A stretch of DNA of 64,000 nucleotides from Octopus sinensis (Eukaryota). Positions within the stretch are counted from its first letter, which is position 1; each line of letters starts with the position of its first letter. This document shows, one piece after another, positions 31,020 through 44,459 of this stretch. Where the stretch lies: assembly GCF_006345805.1 (NCBI RefSeq), contig NC_042999.1, positions 121,024,001-121,088,000 of the forward strand, given 5' to 3'. The notes under the pieces were generated by a model. That model was not told the DNA's origin, ran no database searches, and saw only the letters and a program-made list of their open reading frames with translations. The translations under genes and the position numbers were made by a program.

Positions 31020-34000
31020 AACAACAAACAAGATGATGGCAAATATCCGTCAAATGTAAATAGTGTAAATAATGTAAATAAAATAGACAGTATTGATTAG
31101 CGCTGGTATCAATTCCTTATAAAAAATAATGTATCTTCAAAATCATATACATTTCAAAACCCACTATTAAAACATAAAGACAAAACACTCACACTCCTAT
31201 TAAAGGACCAGGATTACAGTTTTCAACTGCTGTTGAAAGTGATAACTTAAATAAAGGCGATGCATCTGGATGATACTGCTTGCTCAAAACACGGGAACAA
31301 AACGTGGGTGTTAATCACCTTTGACAATTTAAGGCTGACTACTAGATTTAACATGTTGGCATTTGTCCGTGGCACAATCAGCTACGACATTTAAGGCAAT
31401 AGTCATGCATAAGTTTTCGAATATTCCACAGAATGTATGGTCGAAAGTGAAAGAGTAAATATAGAAATTAGAGACGTTGGATTTTATAAAGAAATGTAGC
31501 TATAAGTAGATAAAACAAATGTCATCAGTTGTTTTACTTCGAAACGTTGTCCCAGCTTCTTATCCAATGCTAACCGGCGGATCCAATATTTGTTGTATTT
31601 GACAGTATTTTCGACGTTGCATGGTTGCGCCAAAGTTAATGTCAAATTGAATTGCATGGATATACAAGAAAGAAATGAATTATTAACACGACTAATGGAA
31701 TTTATCTTGTAAATAAATTATAAACGGGATTAAGGCATGCAACCTCCAAATTTCAAAACTTACGAAGAATAATATTGGTGATGTAGATGTAGTTGAAGTG
31801 TCTATAAATGACATTTGACTTATTTCTAAGTTTCTTCAAGTTTAAATGCAAATTTGATAGAGTATTAGTGTTGTATTCTCATGCAATGACCTTTAGACCC
31901 AATAAATGCATTTAAGGACTGAGTATGTTGATAACTATGAAATACACATGCCACTTAATGTCATCATACTGCTCTGTCAAATACTAGACGAAAGATTGAC
32001 GTTGATTATCTTCAGTCAGATATAGACTGATCACATGATTGTGTCATACAAACTACCAGAGGAATGAATTCTCGGATAGTTTTACTAGTAAATATACAAA
32101 TAATATTGTTTCTCTGGAAGACGACTAATTCTACTCTAACTGTAAACAATTCGTAATGTGCGATGGCAGATGTCCAAATATAGTCAAAAGCGCCGACTGT
32201 TTACCGCTGCATTCATTATTGTTTAAATAACTTCATTATTGTAAAAATAAATTGATTAAACATTTAATGACAAGTCTGGGTATTTGTAAGCGATTTGTAA
32301 TGTATGCACACGGATTATGTAAAATGGTAGACAAAATATACTTACTGCTCAGAAAGCCCGATAATACATAGTTCCACCATTTTGTGAATGCAAATATCGT
32401 GATTACCACCTACTGGTTACACTTCAGCAATATCAAAAATGAAATCTGAAATTTCTGCAAAAGCTGAAAGTATCTGAAAACAGGAATCTACAAGATCGAG
32501 GCTGTGAGTCACTCCCTATTGGTCATAATAGAAAAGGTGAGATAATAAGTCAGTAAAATTAGAGGGCCAATTTCATCAGCGTATGAATAAAATTCACTAA
32601 ATACATGTTCATGTTCAAAGGTAAATCAAATAATCTAGAAGATAGTAAATTGTAAATTTACTATCTCGTAAATACTCAGACTGGAGAGAGTTGTCTAAAG
32701 CTCGCAGTATATATATCGGTATCCACAAATTGGTGATCGACTCTACTGTCTCTACTGTCAGCGATAGCGGGTATTTCTGTTACACATGCGTTATGCGTGA
32801 ATGTGTGTGTGTGTATTTAGCAGTACTAGTTAATAATTAACTTCCAACTGTATGTATATGTGTTTGAATGTTAACAACTCAGTCTGTGATAATGATTTTA
32901 ACTTAAAGTTTGTAAGTGAGAGTACGTGTCTACCCTGCAAATACATTGCAAGGAAGTCGAACAGTCTTTCTAATTATCTTGAATGTAATTTCTTTGTGAT
33001 TTTATAAACAGATGAATCATATCAAATATTTCTGAAATAGGTTCCTTGCAAACTTTTATATAATGCGACATGCATTCTATTCAATTAACACTTTCAACCG
33101 CTATCATCTTCTGTTGGCTTTGCTAGTTTGTATGGTTTCTATTCGTGTCTTCTCTCTTCGAATCAGAATTTCTCTGGCTAATGTAACATTTTCCTTTCAT
33201 TTGCAGTACCTTCGTCAACCATGCATCATTGATATTAGGAATCAGAACCGTTTCTCTTTGTGACGAAATTTGAACTCATACATAAACATTATACAAATTT
33301 CCTTCTTATTCAGGATTCAATAAAACTAATAGAAAATTAGAATTATTTGGATACGATCATAAAATAACAAATGTAAAGATCAAACGTTAATCTTTACTTT
33401 GTAATCGGTATGTTCCATTCACATAGCTGCTTCTTACTTCAAGTCAGGCAAGCGAACATTAAATATCTAATATTTCATGTACACAACTCTATAGAATCAT
33501 TAGTAAAAGGATGAAAGAAAATAAATTACAAAAGAGATAATTCATTGCTACAGCAAATGCTGTTTTTGTAGTTGTAGTTGATAGTGCTGCTATACCTCTT
33601 GTTGTTGCACTCTTATTACGGTAGATATTGCACTTTTATTGTTGATACATCCCTATTGCTGTCACTACTCATAATGTTCCTATTATGACAGTTATAGGTG
33701 TAAGAGGGGTTGTAGCTATTATCGCCAATGAAGATGGCTATGTCAGTGGTGATGATGGTTTTCTTTTTTATTCTTGCCGATACTTCTAATAATGTTAAGT
33801 TCTTTTCTTTTAAATCTTCTTTATAGTCGCTGCAACGAGAGATACATTTATAAGGTATATAGTGTTAACACTATTATATTTCTGTAATTGTTGTTCCATC
33901 ATCACTTTAATTTGGAGTAATAATGATCGAATTAATGAAACAGGACTGTCGATTGAAAGCTTCCTCTCTTGTCCAGACCATAGACAGACTTGAACTGATC

Positions 34001-34363
34001 ACACCGATTAAATGACGCATCGTTAATTATAGAAAACGCTCAGTAGTTGAAAAGTTGAAATTTAATTATTCGAAGTACTTGTTACATGTCAGGGAACAGA
34101 GTCATCAAAAGCTAGATGTTTTAACTGTCAAAGTGTGTCTAAGGCAATAAAAAAGCGTAGCTAACGGGACACGAACTATCAACTTTCGGATTGTAGCCCG
34201 TCACCCTCTCAAACGCCAGCGAACTTAGCAGCTTCTATTTTTGATTGTAACAGTGATTGTAATGACACTGCTAATGGTGGCGGTACCTGTGGTGAAGGTA
34301 GTTTGTAAATGACTTTGCATATATTAATCATTATGTTGTTCAATATATCTCTATATAGCCTTG

Positions 34364-34756
34364 ATTGTGGAGACGCAATGGCCCAGTGGTTAGGGCAGCG
34401 GACTCGCGGTCGTAGGATCGCGGTTTCGATTCCCAGACTGGGCATTGTGAGTGTTTATTGAGCGAAAACACCTAAAGCTTCACAAGGCTCCTGCAGGGGG
34501 TGGTGGTGAACCCTGCTGTACTCTTTCACCACAACTTTCTCTCACTCTTTCTTCCTGTTTCTGTTGTACCTGTATTTCAAAGGTCCAGCCTTGTCACACT
34601 CTGTGTCACGCTGAATCTCCTCGAGAACTACGTTAAGGGTACACGTGTCTGTGGAATGCTCAGCCACTTGCACGTTAATTCTACGAGCAAGCTGTTCCGT
34701 TGATCGTATCAGCTGGGACCCTCATCGTCGTAACCGACGGAGTGCTCCTACTACTA
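34364..34756 (+). mobile_element. Full-length tRNA-derived SINE with (CTA)n tail and 13-bp TSD
   Basis: A box TGGCCCAGTGG (34379-34389) and B box GGTTTCGATTCC (34422-34433). CTATATAGCCTTG occurs at 34351-34363 and 34757-34769. Confidence 0.92.
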
Positions 34757-35119
34757 CTATATAGCCTTGTTTATAGCGTCTGACAGTGGGTTTAACTGGG
34801 ATATTGTAGTTGGTTTATCCCTTATTATTAGAGTAAGTTTTGGCGTTGGTAGTACTTTTAGATTTAAAGTTGCCGGTATCTAGAGACTGGCAGACTAGAT
34901 TCGGAAGTTTGTACTTAGTGACCGTTGACAGCATGTTTTTTTTCCGTTTGTCTAAGTGATATCTCAGAAGCATATTTTATCCTCCAGTTAGCAATTTATA
35001 GAAAATATAATCTGTAGGTATCATACAACAATAATATTGGTCCATGTAGAAGTTCCACGTGTTGAAACAGCTGTTCGGATAAACTAATTAGCATTTTTTT
35101 CTATTGTTAAGACTGTGAG

Positions 35120-35300
35120 AATCGTTGCCGCACCGGGCTAAATGCTTGGCAGCATTTAATCCGTCTTTATGGTCTGAGTTCAAATGACGCCGGGGTCGAA
35201 TTTTGCCTTTCGGGATCGGCAAAATAAGTACCATTTGGGCACTGGGGTCGATGTCATCGACTTATACCCTTCTCTGAATATGCTAGTCTTGTGCCAAAAT
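35120..35300 (+). mobile_element. Short tRNA-derived SINE, diverged
   Basis: GAGTTCAAAT...TTTCGGGATCGGCAAAATAAGTACC...GGGGTCGATGTCATCGAC matches the 24276 family. Confidence 0.8.
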
Positions 35301-36051
35301 TTGAAATCATTGTTTTTTTCGATTGCCACGCGCAGCCAAAGATCTTTATCAAGACAATTGTTTCACACATTGAAAACTTAATGTTGGCATGTGCTCGTCA
35401 GCCTGATAATCTCAGGAATATTATCTAATCTCGCAATTTTGCCTATAAGTACCTGGTATTTTGTCTTCATCGGGGGAGCTATTCTACGAAAAAATCTTTT
35501 TGCAAAAACACTGGTCTTCGGGAGAAAGCAATCGTTATATTTTACTCTGTTGAGTGTATATGTGAGCATATGTGCGTGTATTTGTGGATGTATGAGTGTG
35601 TATGCTTGGGTGCCTCTGTGTGTGTGTGCGCGCGCGCGTGCGCGTGTGTCTGTGTGTGATGGGCATTATAAACAGTTTCATTTTTCGATGAGCCGACATT
35701 TGATTTTTATTCCCCACTAGAGTGAGGAACTTATTTCCAAAAATAGGAAGTGTAGTATAGAATAATAAACTGCTTACGCCTAGGTAGTTGGCTATGCCAG
35801 CCAGTTTCGTTTTCAAGTCGAAGGCAATTATTTTTGTGTACACCTTCAGAAAGTGGCATTGCCACCTTCCCTTAATACAGAGTATTGTTATCGTTCTAAT
35901 TCATTAATAAAATAATAAATATAGTAATATTTATTCAATTCAGTGAAGTCAGTTGCTCAATAAGCGTGATTTTTGGCCTAGTCCAAAAATATTATATTTT
36001 GTTGTTATTACTATTTTAATGAGTATGTTTATATGTTACATTATACAAATG

Positions 36052-36055
<4 letters not shown>

Positions 36056-36111
<56 letters not shown>

Positions 36112-36130
36112 GTGTGTGTGTGTGTGTGTA
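36056..36130. repeat. (GT)n microsatellite
   Basis: Direct reading. Confidence 0.97.
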
Positions 36131-37769
36131 TGTGTACTAGTTCATTTTTTTAATTAAATATTTGTTTTAAAACGGAGCTACCATGTTATCGAAATTAATA
36201 GAAATTGTTTCCATAGAATATATGGAGTGTTGTTGCTATTAATTAAATTATTGAAATGCCATGGTTTTGAGGATATTCTTCTATTGTTAAGAAACTCAAT
36301 TAATAAGATTTGAAACACTAACTAAAATCTATTACAATAAATCTTTATCTATTGGATGTTTGTGATTTTATTTTGCAATAATGAATTTTATTTTCAAGGT
36401 TTTCAAAGCAGCGTGAATATCATTAATGTTGGCAATGTGTATCAATTCCTGCTATAAATATATAATAGATATTGAAAACCTAGAGTGATATTTTCTTGTT
36501 TTATTTTATATGTTCATTTTAGTAATTTTATAAACCGAAAATTAAGTAAACAACTCCATATATCTTTAAGGTATCAATATATCATTTTCAAAAGTAGATT
36601 TATTCTGAAAACAATAACAAATATAACCAGAATCATAGGTAGAATTATATAAAACAGTTTTATACTTCAAAAATGTAAATTCGATTTCCAAGTCATCTAG
36701 GAAATATTTAGCGAATTTTTCATTGACCGATAAGGATTTATTCTGTAAGTACTACATCACAAAACTACTATATTAGGAAAATAATATGTGCCATGTATGA
36801 AGTCTAAAATGAAATCAAATCCAACACATGAAGTTGACACTGTTGGAACTTTACATCTTGCCCTAAGGCGTAAATCTCTCAGTGTCAAACCATGTAAGTT
36901 CTATGTTTAATATATTTACAAAGATATATAAGATTTTATAATGTCTAATCTCAGCACAAAAAAATACTTTCCTTAAATATATATGAGTGCATTTGAAAAT
37001 TTACATTTCATCTCCTTCACTTTCAATCTTGCTCATGTTCAATCTTTATCACACCCACATTATTTCATATATTTATGTTGCATAAATGACAGAAAAACAA
37101 CGATTATTCTCTGCTACATTATTAAGTATTGATTTATTATCAGTATACTATACTTATATTCCTATAGATGTTTATGTCTAGGAAATAGAAATCTTTACTC
37201 TCATAAATTAATGCAATGAATTCAAATAATCATATATTCTAAAATGTTTTTGCTGATGTGTTATATGTGAAGTGAAACTCAGCAAGCCACAATAACTGTG
37301 GCGATTTATTCAAACTGTGCATTTTAGTTGAGTTCTGGAACAAATGGGTATAATGTTTAACAGAAATATATAAGTCAAAATTCAATTTACGTTAAAGAAA
37401 AAGAATCACCGAAAATACCAGAAATTTATGTTTAGTTTGCCAAGTAGCTAATTGTGACATCATACTTTTACGCATTAAGAATATTTTCAAGCTTATTGAA
37501 TATATGATTTCTATATTTATTGCAATTTTTATTGATAATAAGTATCAATATGGTTATTATGAACAACTAAGTAAGCTTAGTAATTCCTGAATGAAATGAC
37601 TCAGAATTATAGAAACTAGTTATTACTCGTCATTATGGTGCCAAGTAAAAACCTAGTCAAGATGAAATAGATGCGTCTGCAGAAGCCTACAACAATTCTC
37701 ACATTGATATACACAACTACCTGGGTTTCTTTTGCTTAAAACAAATTTTAATTATATCTTTCACTCTCA

Positions 37770-37829
37770 CACTCACTTTCTTTTTCCCTCTCCCTCACTC
37801 TCTCTCACTCTCACTCTCTCACTCTCACA

Positions 37830-37866
<37 letters not shown>
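37770..37866. repeat. (CT)n-rich microsatellite
   Basis: Direct reading. Confidence 0.93.
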
Positions 37867-38829
37867 GATGTAGTTCACTTTCAACAACCTGTCATTATAG
37901 TGAAAGTCATTTTTAAAGACAGTGTTGCGTTGTCTATATGTTGAAAGACATACAGAAACACAAACACAAACCAAGAAAACAATTATGAGTGTTATATAGC
38001 TACTTTTCTAAGACTTTGTTGCGTTGTGTTGACAAACTTACACTTAAAATTACCGCGTTTTAATCAAAACGTGTTAGTTACTATGGTGACAACATTATCT
38101 ATCTGCCATCACTCTCTCTCCCTCTCGCTCACTTTCTCTCGCTGTTTTTCTCTCTCAACAACGTTTATTTAGAAGAAGGAACTTCTAAATAAACGTTTTG
38201 ACAGGGATTATCTTCCATTTTTAATTCCACCCCTTCTTTCCTCCTTCTAATAGATGTTGTGACGGACAGACAGACGGAGATCAGTTTCTGTTTTATAAGA
38301 CGAGAAATGTGACGTACTGCAAAATGTGTCCTATTTTCAACTTTTTTCGAGAATTTTTATTCCAAACGTTTCTTACATATTAAACAGCATATATAGAAAT
38401 ATATAAAGTAGTTATATTGGAGAAGAACAAAATTTGAAATTTTCTTATTATTCTTACAATTATTATAAGTAGGAATCATAATAACTTAATATAATTTGTT
38501 TATACATGTTACATTTGTTTCTTTTTGTTTTCATCCTTAAAATTAAATTATTTCCTAAATTCATTTTAGTTATTTTGATGCATATTGTAATACATAAATT
38601 CCATGAGATGAAATCTTGTTTATTACAATGATTAAGTATAAATACAACTATCCCAAAAAACAAGGATATATTCATCAGAAATTAGTGGTTCTTTATTCTT
38701 CTAGAAAGGGTGCATGTGTATCAAGAAATAAGGAATTAATTCACGTTGATATTAGTTCAAACCTTTAACTGAATCATCAGGCTAATTTCCATGGGTAGCA
38801 TCAGTGTTTCGTACGTAGTGTTTAGTCAT

Positions 38830-39005
38830 AATACGGTGAACTAGCAGAAACGTTGGAGCATTCCGAGTTCAAGTCCTATCGTGGTCAACTTCGCCTTATA
38901 TCTTTTCCGGGTCGATAAAACACTGTATTACTCGAACCTTGGTTCGATGTTATCAACTAATTCCCTCTCCTAACAAAAATGCTAGCCTTGTACCTACATC
39001 AGAAA
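38830..39005 (+). mobile_element. Short SINE, strongly diverged
   Basis: Contains GCAGAAACGTT, GAGTTCAAG and CTTTTCCGGGTCGATAAAA motifs of the 24276 family. Confidence 0.65.
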
Positions 39006-39934
39006 CAATTATGTAACGTTTAACCAAAACTAAAGTGTTTTGTAAGCTTTTAAGCTATTTGCTAACCTATATAAAATTGCCAATTTCTATCATTAATTAC
39101 TGTTGGCTTTTGAAGCTAATGTAATATAATTGTTTTTGAAGCCTAAAGTTGTTAATCCTACAAGAAAAGCATTCTGTTTAATTTGTGTTTTGTAAAATCC
39201 CTTTATTTCAATAATATAAAAAGTTTTATTTGACTACTATAACCCATTTATGATACGATAATGATTTTGGGTAGATTTTTTCATTCTTTTTTAAACGATG
39301 TATTGTTCTGGTGAATTTAAAGTTTCTATCAATGCATGCATACAATATTCTTTCACTAGCATAATCTGTGTGTTTGGAGATAAATATATTTGACTAATAG
39401 TAATTTTATTATTATTGATACTGAAAGCAAGATCATTGGATTCGCTTTTGATACATTCTTGGCGTTAACATCTTTAATGAAATCTAACTTAATGTTGTTA
39501 GATCACATTGAATGAAAAAAGATAATTTTCAAGTAGAGTATCAAAAGACATTGAAATTGAGAACTTTCAATCATCAAACATATACACACATCCGAGGCTA
39601 TAAAAGAAGCCTAGGGCTTCAAACTTGAAAAATGTGTTTGTACTGTGATCTTCTTAACCACATATTTAAGCCTGTGCCTACTGCTGATTTTTCATGTCTC
39701 GTATAGGGATGAAATGTTCTGTTTGTTTACGCTCATGCATTTCACACTCCACCGTGGATGAGTTAGGTTTTCATCTCCCGCAGTCGATAAAATGATTACC
39801 ATCCAGTATTTGAGTCGAATATATGCATCACTTCAATCCACAAAATATAAGACATAGTGACATACTTTTAAATTATTAATTCTCGTCCATATTTAGTGTG
39901 AGAGGCATTGAATACTGAGTAAAATCTCGTTAAA

Positions 39935-41183
39935 CGAGGGTCGGCTGAAAAGTTAATTGATTGACTGAGGTATTCTCATGGAATTTGACCAAATAAAGTT
40001 TATACACTTCTTCCACCGGTGTTGCAGTGCTTGGATCCCATTGATGAAGAAGCTTTCATTCATCCTGTTGGTCAAAGTATTAATCACCAGCAGATATAAC
40101 ATCATTTTCACTGCGATACAAATTCTCAGCCAAGCGATTTTTCATATTGGGGAACATATGATAGTCAGATGGGGACACATAAAAAGGAAAGGTAGGGTGA
40201 TCAATCAGTTCAAAACCAGAGTCACGCAGCAGCCAATGAAACCAAGGGCTTGTGTGCTAGAGCATAGTCCTGATGAAACAAGACCTCTTTTGTGAGTTTT
40301 CTTGTGTGTTTGATCTTGATAGTTTTTTGTCACTGCCTCTGTATGTTGGCATAGTACTCTCCATTGGTAGTGTGGCTCTTTTGAAGACAGTCAATAAACA
40401 CAATGTTTTTTGCATCCCACAAAGACTGAGGCCGTCACCTTCTTTGGAGATGAGACGACCTTGGCGTTCTTTAGAGTAGGTGAAGAGTGGTGTTTCCATT
40501 TCATCTATTGTCTCTTTGTTTCTGGCTCGAAGTTATGAAGCCATCATTCATCATGAGTTAGAAAACATTCAAAGAAACCAGCTGGATCTTCAAACAATTT
40601 CAGATTTTCCTATATTGTGATCTGCCTGGCGCACTTTTGATCAGGTCTTAGAAAACGTGGCACCCACCGAGCAGTAACCTTTGATATGTCAAGTTCATTG
40701 TGCAGAATATTCTCAACTCTCTCACGTGATATGCTAACAGCATTGGTTACTTCGTTTATAGTCAATAGCCTGTCATCCATGCATGTGGTGAAGACGATCA
40801 ATGTTTTCCTCGATTGTGGCAATTGTAGGACCTTGCGTAATCTTCAAGACTTTCCGTTCCCCTCCTAAATTCAGCTACCCATTTTGCACTGTTGATAAAA
40901 CTGGAGCGTCATCCCCTAATTTATCTACCATATCAGTATGGAAGTCGTTCGGTACTAAATCCTTTTTTCTGCAGGTACATTATAATACTGCGATGCCAAA
41001 TTTTCTCCATTTTCCAAGAGCAGTCGCTACTAGCTACTTTTGAAGTCTTCTTTGAACGGTCAGATGTCTGATTGACTGGAAGGAAACAATTAATAAGCCG
41101 GATTGAAACTAATGCAAGCATGTTTTCACAGTTCTAGTGTCACTCCTTCATACTTAGCCTATGAACTTTTCAACTCGCCCTCG
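39935..41183 (-). mobile_element. mariner DNA transposon, near full length (1.25 kb), degenerate
   Basis: TIRs CGAGGGTCGGCTGAAAAGTT / AACTTTTCAACTCGCCCTCG|TA. The transposase starts at the ATG at 41010 (MEKIWHRSII) and includes KWVAEFRRG, KVTARWVPRFL and LFHQDYA. Confidence 0.9.
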
Positions 41184-42025
41184 TACTATATGGAAATTTC
41201 AGTTCTTTTAATTTGCAGCATTTTATATTTAATTTGTTTTAGAATAACAGTAGAATAAGAATTTAGGTCTATTATTTAGTATTCAATCTTATCTAATTCT
41301 TCAAATATGTACTATATTTTTACATACTTTATCCTACTTTTTTTCCTTGTGTTTATTTGAATGTCGGTCGTCATTACAGTTCCTTAATTTATAGTTTTAT
41401 CTAATTTTGGTCTTTATTTCTAATTTGCCTTTTAAAAGTGAGCTCATTCAGTTACACTCATGTAACTATCTCTATTGATTCCGCTTTACCGCAGCATTAT
41501 ATCATATGACTTTATAGCCCTTCACTTTCAAATTATTTTTGCCTAATGACATGGTATTCGCTTGTTGCCGTTACAATTATAGACTATTTCACTAAGAATG
41601 CTAGTTTGCTTTGTGTTAGTGGGACAAATAAAGTAGTGACTTGCAAGTGTTTACACTTTCTATATGTTCTTTGGCATATTTGTATATTTCCTTACTATTT
41701 GCCTTAGTTTTACACTAATTCCTCTCAAAATGGAAAATGTCACGTAACAGAAACTTCTGTAATGCTAAGATCTTTATTTCAAGAATGCTTACAGTAGTGA
41801 AAGATTTATCATAATATACAAACTCTGTTCTCAGCAAAATCATACATATTCTAATTGTAAATCAAACATAGTTAATAGAGAAATGTGTTAACTCTTGTTT
41901 ATGTAATTACACTTATCAGTGTTTAAGCCGAACACTTTAGAATTCTCGAAAACAAAGATGTTATAAGATGTACAAGTTCTTAATTAGACATTGAAGTAGT
42001 TTTTTAATGTGACCTTTACTTGTAT

Positions 42026-42945
42026 ATGAAGGAGGCTAGCTGGCAGAACCACTAGCACATCCAACAAGAAAGTAGCATTTCATCCGGCTCTTTACGTTCA
42101 AATATAGTTCAAATACAATCTAGGTCGACTTTTCCTTTCATTCCTTCGGGGCCAATAATACAGAGTGTCTCAAAAGTCCCTGATGGGTTTCAATTTTTAA
42201 TAACTTCCTTAACTTTACAAATAAATGCATGAAATTCTGACACAATTTAAAGAACATAATGGAAATTGATATGCACAAGTCAAATTTTGCAACAACACTA
42301 CATCACATATGAAAAATGGCATCGCTTAAATGGCAACCATGATTGAGGCCTTTTTGCGCTCGGCCATTTACAGTAAACCTACACATGGTTCCAGCAAGAT
42401 ATTGCAACTACTCATACCACAATGCTGTTGCAACGGCAGTGCTTTGGGGAGAGAATAATCTCTCGCTACGGCAATGTCAGCTCACCTTCATGTTCTCCAG
42501 ATTTAACTAACCCGGATTTTTTTTTGTAAGGATACTTGAAAGAGAGGGTTTACGTCAACAAACCGGAGACCCTGGTGCAACTGAAGGAGAACATCAATAG
42601 AGAAATCAGAGAAGTGGGATCTGAAACTCTTCAGGATGCTATGGTGCAAGTTTTAGAAAGAGCACAGGCGTGCGAAGCCGAAAATAGCTGCCATTTAAGC
42701 GATGTAATTTTTTCATATGTGATGTAGTGGTGTTACAATATATGACTTGTGCATACTAATTTCCATTATGTCCTTTATATTGTATCAAACTTTCATGCAA
42801 TTATTTGTAAAGTTAAGGATGTTATTAAAACTTGAAATCCATCAGTGACTTTTGGGACACCATGTATAAGGTAACCAGTCAAGTACTGGAATCAATGTAA
42901 TCGTCTTGTCCCCCCGCCCACTCCTCAGAATTGCTGCCCTTGAAT
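42026..42945 (+). mobile_element. Short SINE split by a DNA transposon (SINE parts 42026-42160 and 42867-42945)
   Basis: GTCGACTTTTCCTTTCATTCCTTCGGGGCCAATAATA on the left continues as TAAGGTAACCAGT on the right, restoring the family motif GGGGTCGATAAAATAAGTACCAGT. Confidence 0.75.
42161..42864 (+). mobile_element. Internally deleted Tc1/mariner element, maT/DD37D-like
   Basis: ~55-bp TIRs (CAGAGTGTCTCAAAAGTCCCTGATGG... / ...CCATCAGTGACTTTTGGGACACCATG) with TA on both sides. Motifs WFQQDIAT, SPDLTNPDFF and YLKERVYVNKPETL are present. Confidence 0.85.
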
Positions 42946-43689
42946 GCTGCAATCGACTGTCATCTAGTTCAGAGAGAATGTGGTGATATGTGTCCCTTGT
43001 ACGTCATGGAATCCGGGTAACTGGTCTTATAAGACCGAGGACTCAAGAAAAGACTTTAAAAAACCCATACAAACACTTACTATTGTTACTTTCTCAAGCT
43101 GCATCTCAACTTACGTAGCAACATATTCTTACACATCATTTGTTTTTATTGAGATTGTGTTTTTATTCAAGAAAGCATCTTACTTTATTGTGGTACTTCA
43201 CTTATTAAAGCATATTTTGTCAACAATTTAATTTTTATGTAAAAGATTTCTACCATTTTATGAAATTAGTATAATTTTAGTCTAATGATGTCAATGAGAG
43301 TTGTATGTTTTTATCTTGTTGCAACATGTTATAGATGTAAGAGTTTTTCTTTACATTGTTCAATAATTTTCAATTCTAATCAAATAACTTCCACGACTAA
43401 CTTCGATGCTTTAATTTTATTATATAACTGATGAAAATTTAATTCGTAAAGTGCAGTATATTTCTTGACGCTTGTTGCATCTTTCAACAATATATTTTCT
43501 CTAACAACCAGAGATTATAGATTCTGGGAGTTCTGTAATATAAGTGTTTTCAAATGTTCATGTGAGAAAACACAGAGGCATAGACTGTAACTGAAATACA
43601 CTGGTTATGAAAATAACATCCCACAAATAAAGCATATATTTTCTATGTACGTGAAAATATCATTTATATAATATGTTCTTTTTCTACTA

Positions 43690-43896
43690 TAGACACAATG
43701 CCTAAATTTTGGGGAGAGGAGGCAAGACGAGTACATCACCCCCACTACTTAACTAGTACTTATTTTATCACTATTCGAAAGGGGTGAAAAGTAATGTTGA
43801 ATTGGGCGGTATTTGTGCTCAGAACGTAAAGATTCAGAATAAATGCCACTAAAATTTTGTCTGAAGTGCTAAAGATTTTGCCAGTTCGCCGCCTTA
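43690..43896 (-). mobile_element. Short SINE, diverged
   Basis: The minus strand starts TAAGGCGGCGAACTGGCAAAATC and contains GATAAAATAAGTACTAG. Confidence 0.75.
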
Positions 43897-44459
43897 TGTC
43901 ATTTATATGATAGAATATAAATACATAAATTGTATTTGTAATTCTAAAGACTGAATTTAGTATATCTATAACCTTCAAATCACAGAGTTGGAAGGAATCT
44001 TAAAATATTGTCTGTATGTTATTGGTAGTCATGCACAGTATATCAGTTTCAGTAACTTCAAGTTGATTAGTGTTAGGTACTGCTTAATTATGAGAACTAA
44101 TATCATTTCATTAAAATTAAGGCTTTCAATTTGGTATTACATTGGAATATATAACATGATACTGAGAAATTTTCTATTCAAGCTGCGCTAAGATGAATTT
44201 AACACTTTCACAATATACAAAGTATTAAGAGCTACATTACGAATGTGAGCGAATATTTCCCCCTTGATTACAACGCTGATTTATTGCGGCAAGTATATTT
44301 TAGAGAAAGACGTATGCCTCTTTAGAGTATGGGGCAAACAGAAACGCAACGGTATATCTCTTCTGGGATATGAATTAATGATCCATGTATTGGTTGCAAG
44401 CAGAATTAAGGTAAACTGAAGTCTACCTCGACAACTTCATTATCAATATATGACTAATT

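Larger units (their letters stand above)
30694..31084 (-). mobile_element. Miniature Penelope-type inverted structure: two inverted arms around (TAT)n, a ~28-nt 3' tail and a 10-bp TSD
   Basis: Arms 30722-30877 and 30941-31080 are reverse complements apart from a 15-nt indel and scattered mismatches. A tail at 30694-30721 is present on one side only and contains AATAAA on the minus strand. AGACAGTATT occurs at 30684-30693 and 31085-31094. Confidence 0.75.

Noticed and set aside
34364-34440. tRNA-like sequence with A and B boxes
   Set aside because: It is the head of a SINE (continuous body, tail and TSD) and lacks a complete acceptor stem, so it is not a tRNA gene.
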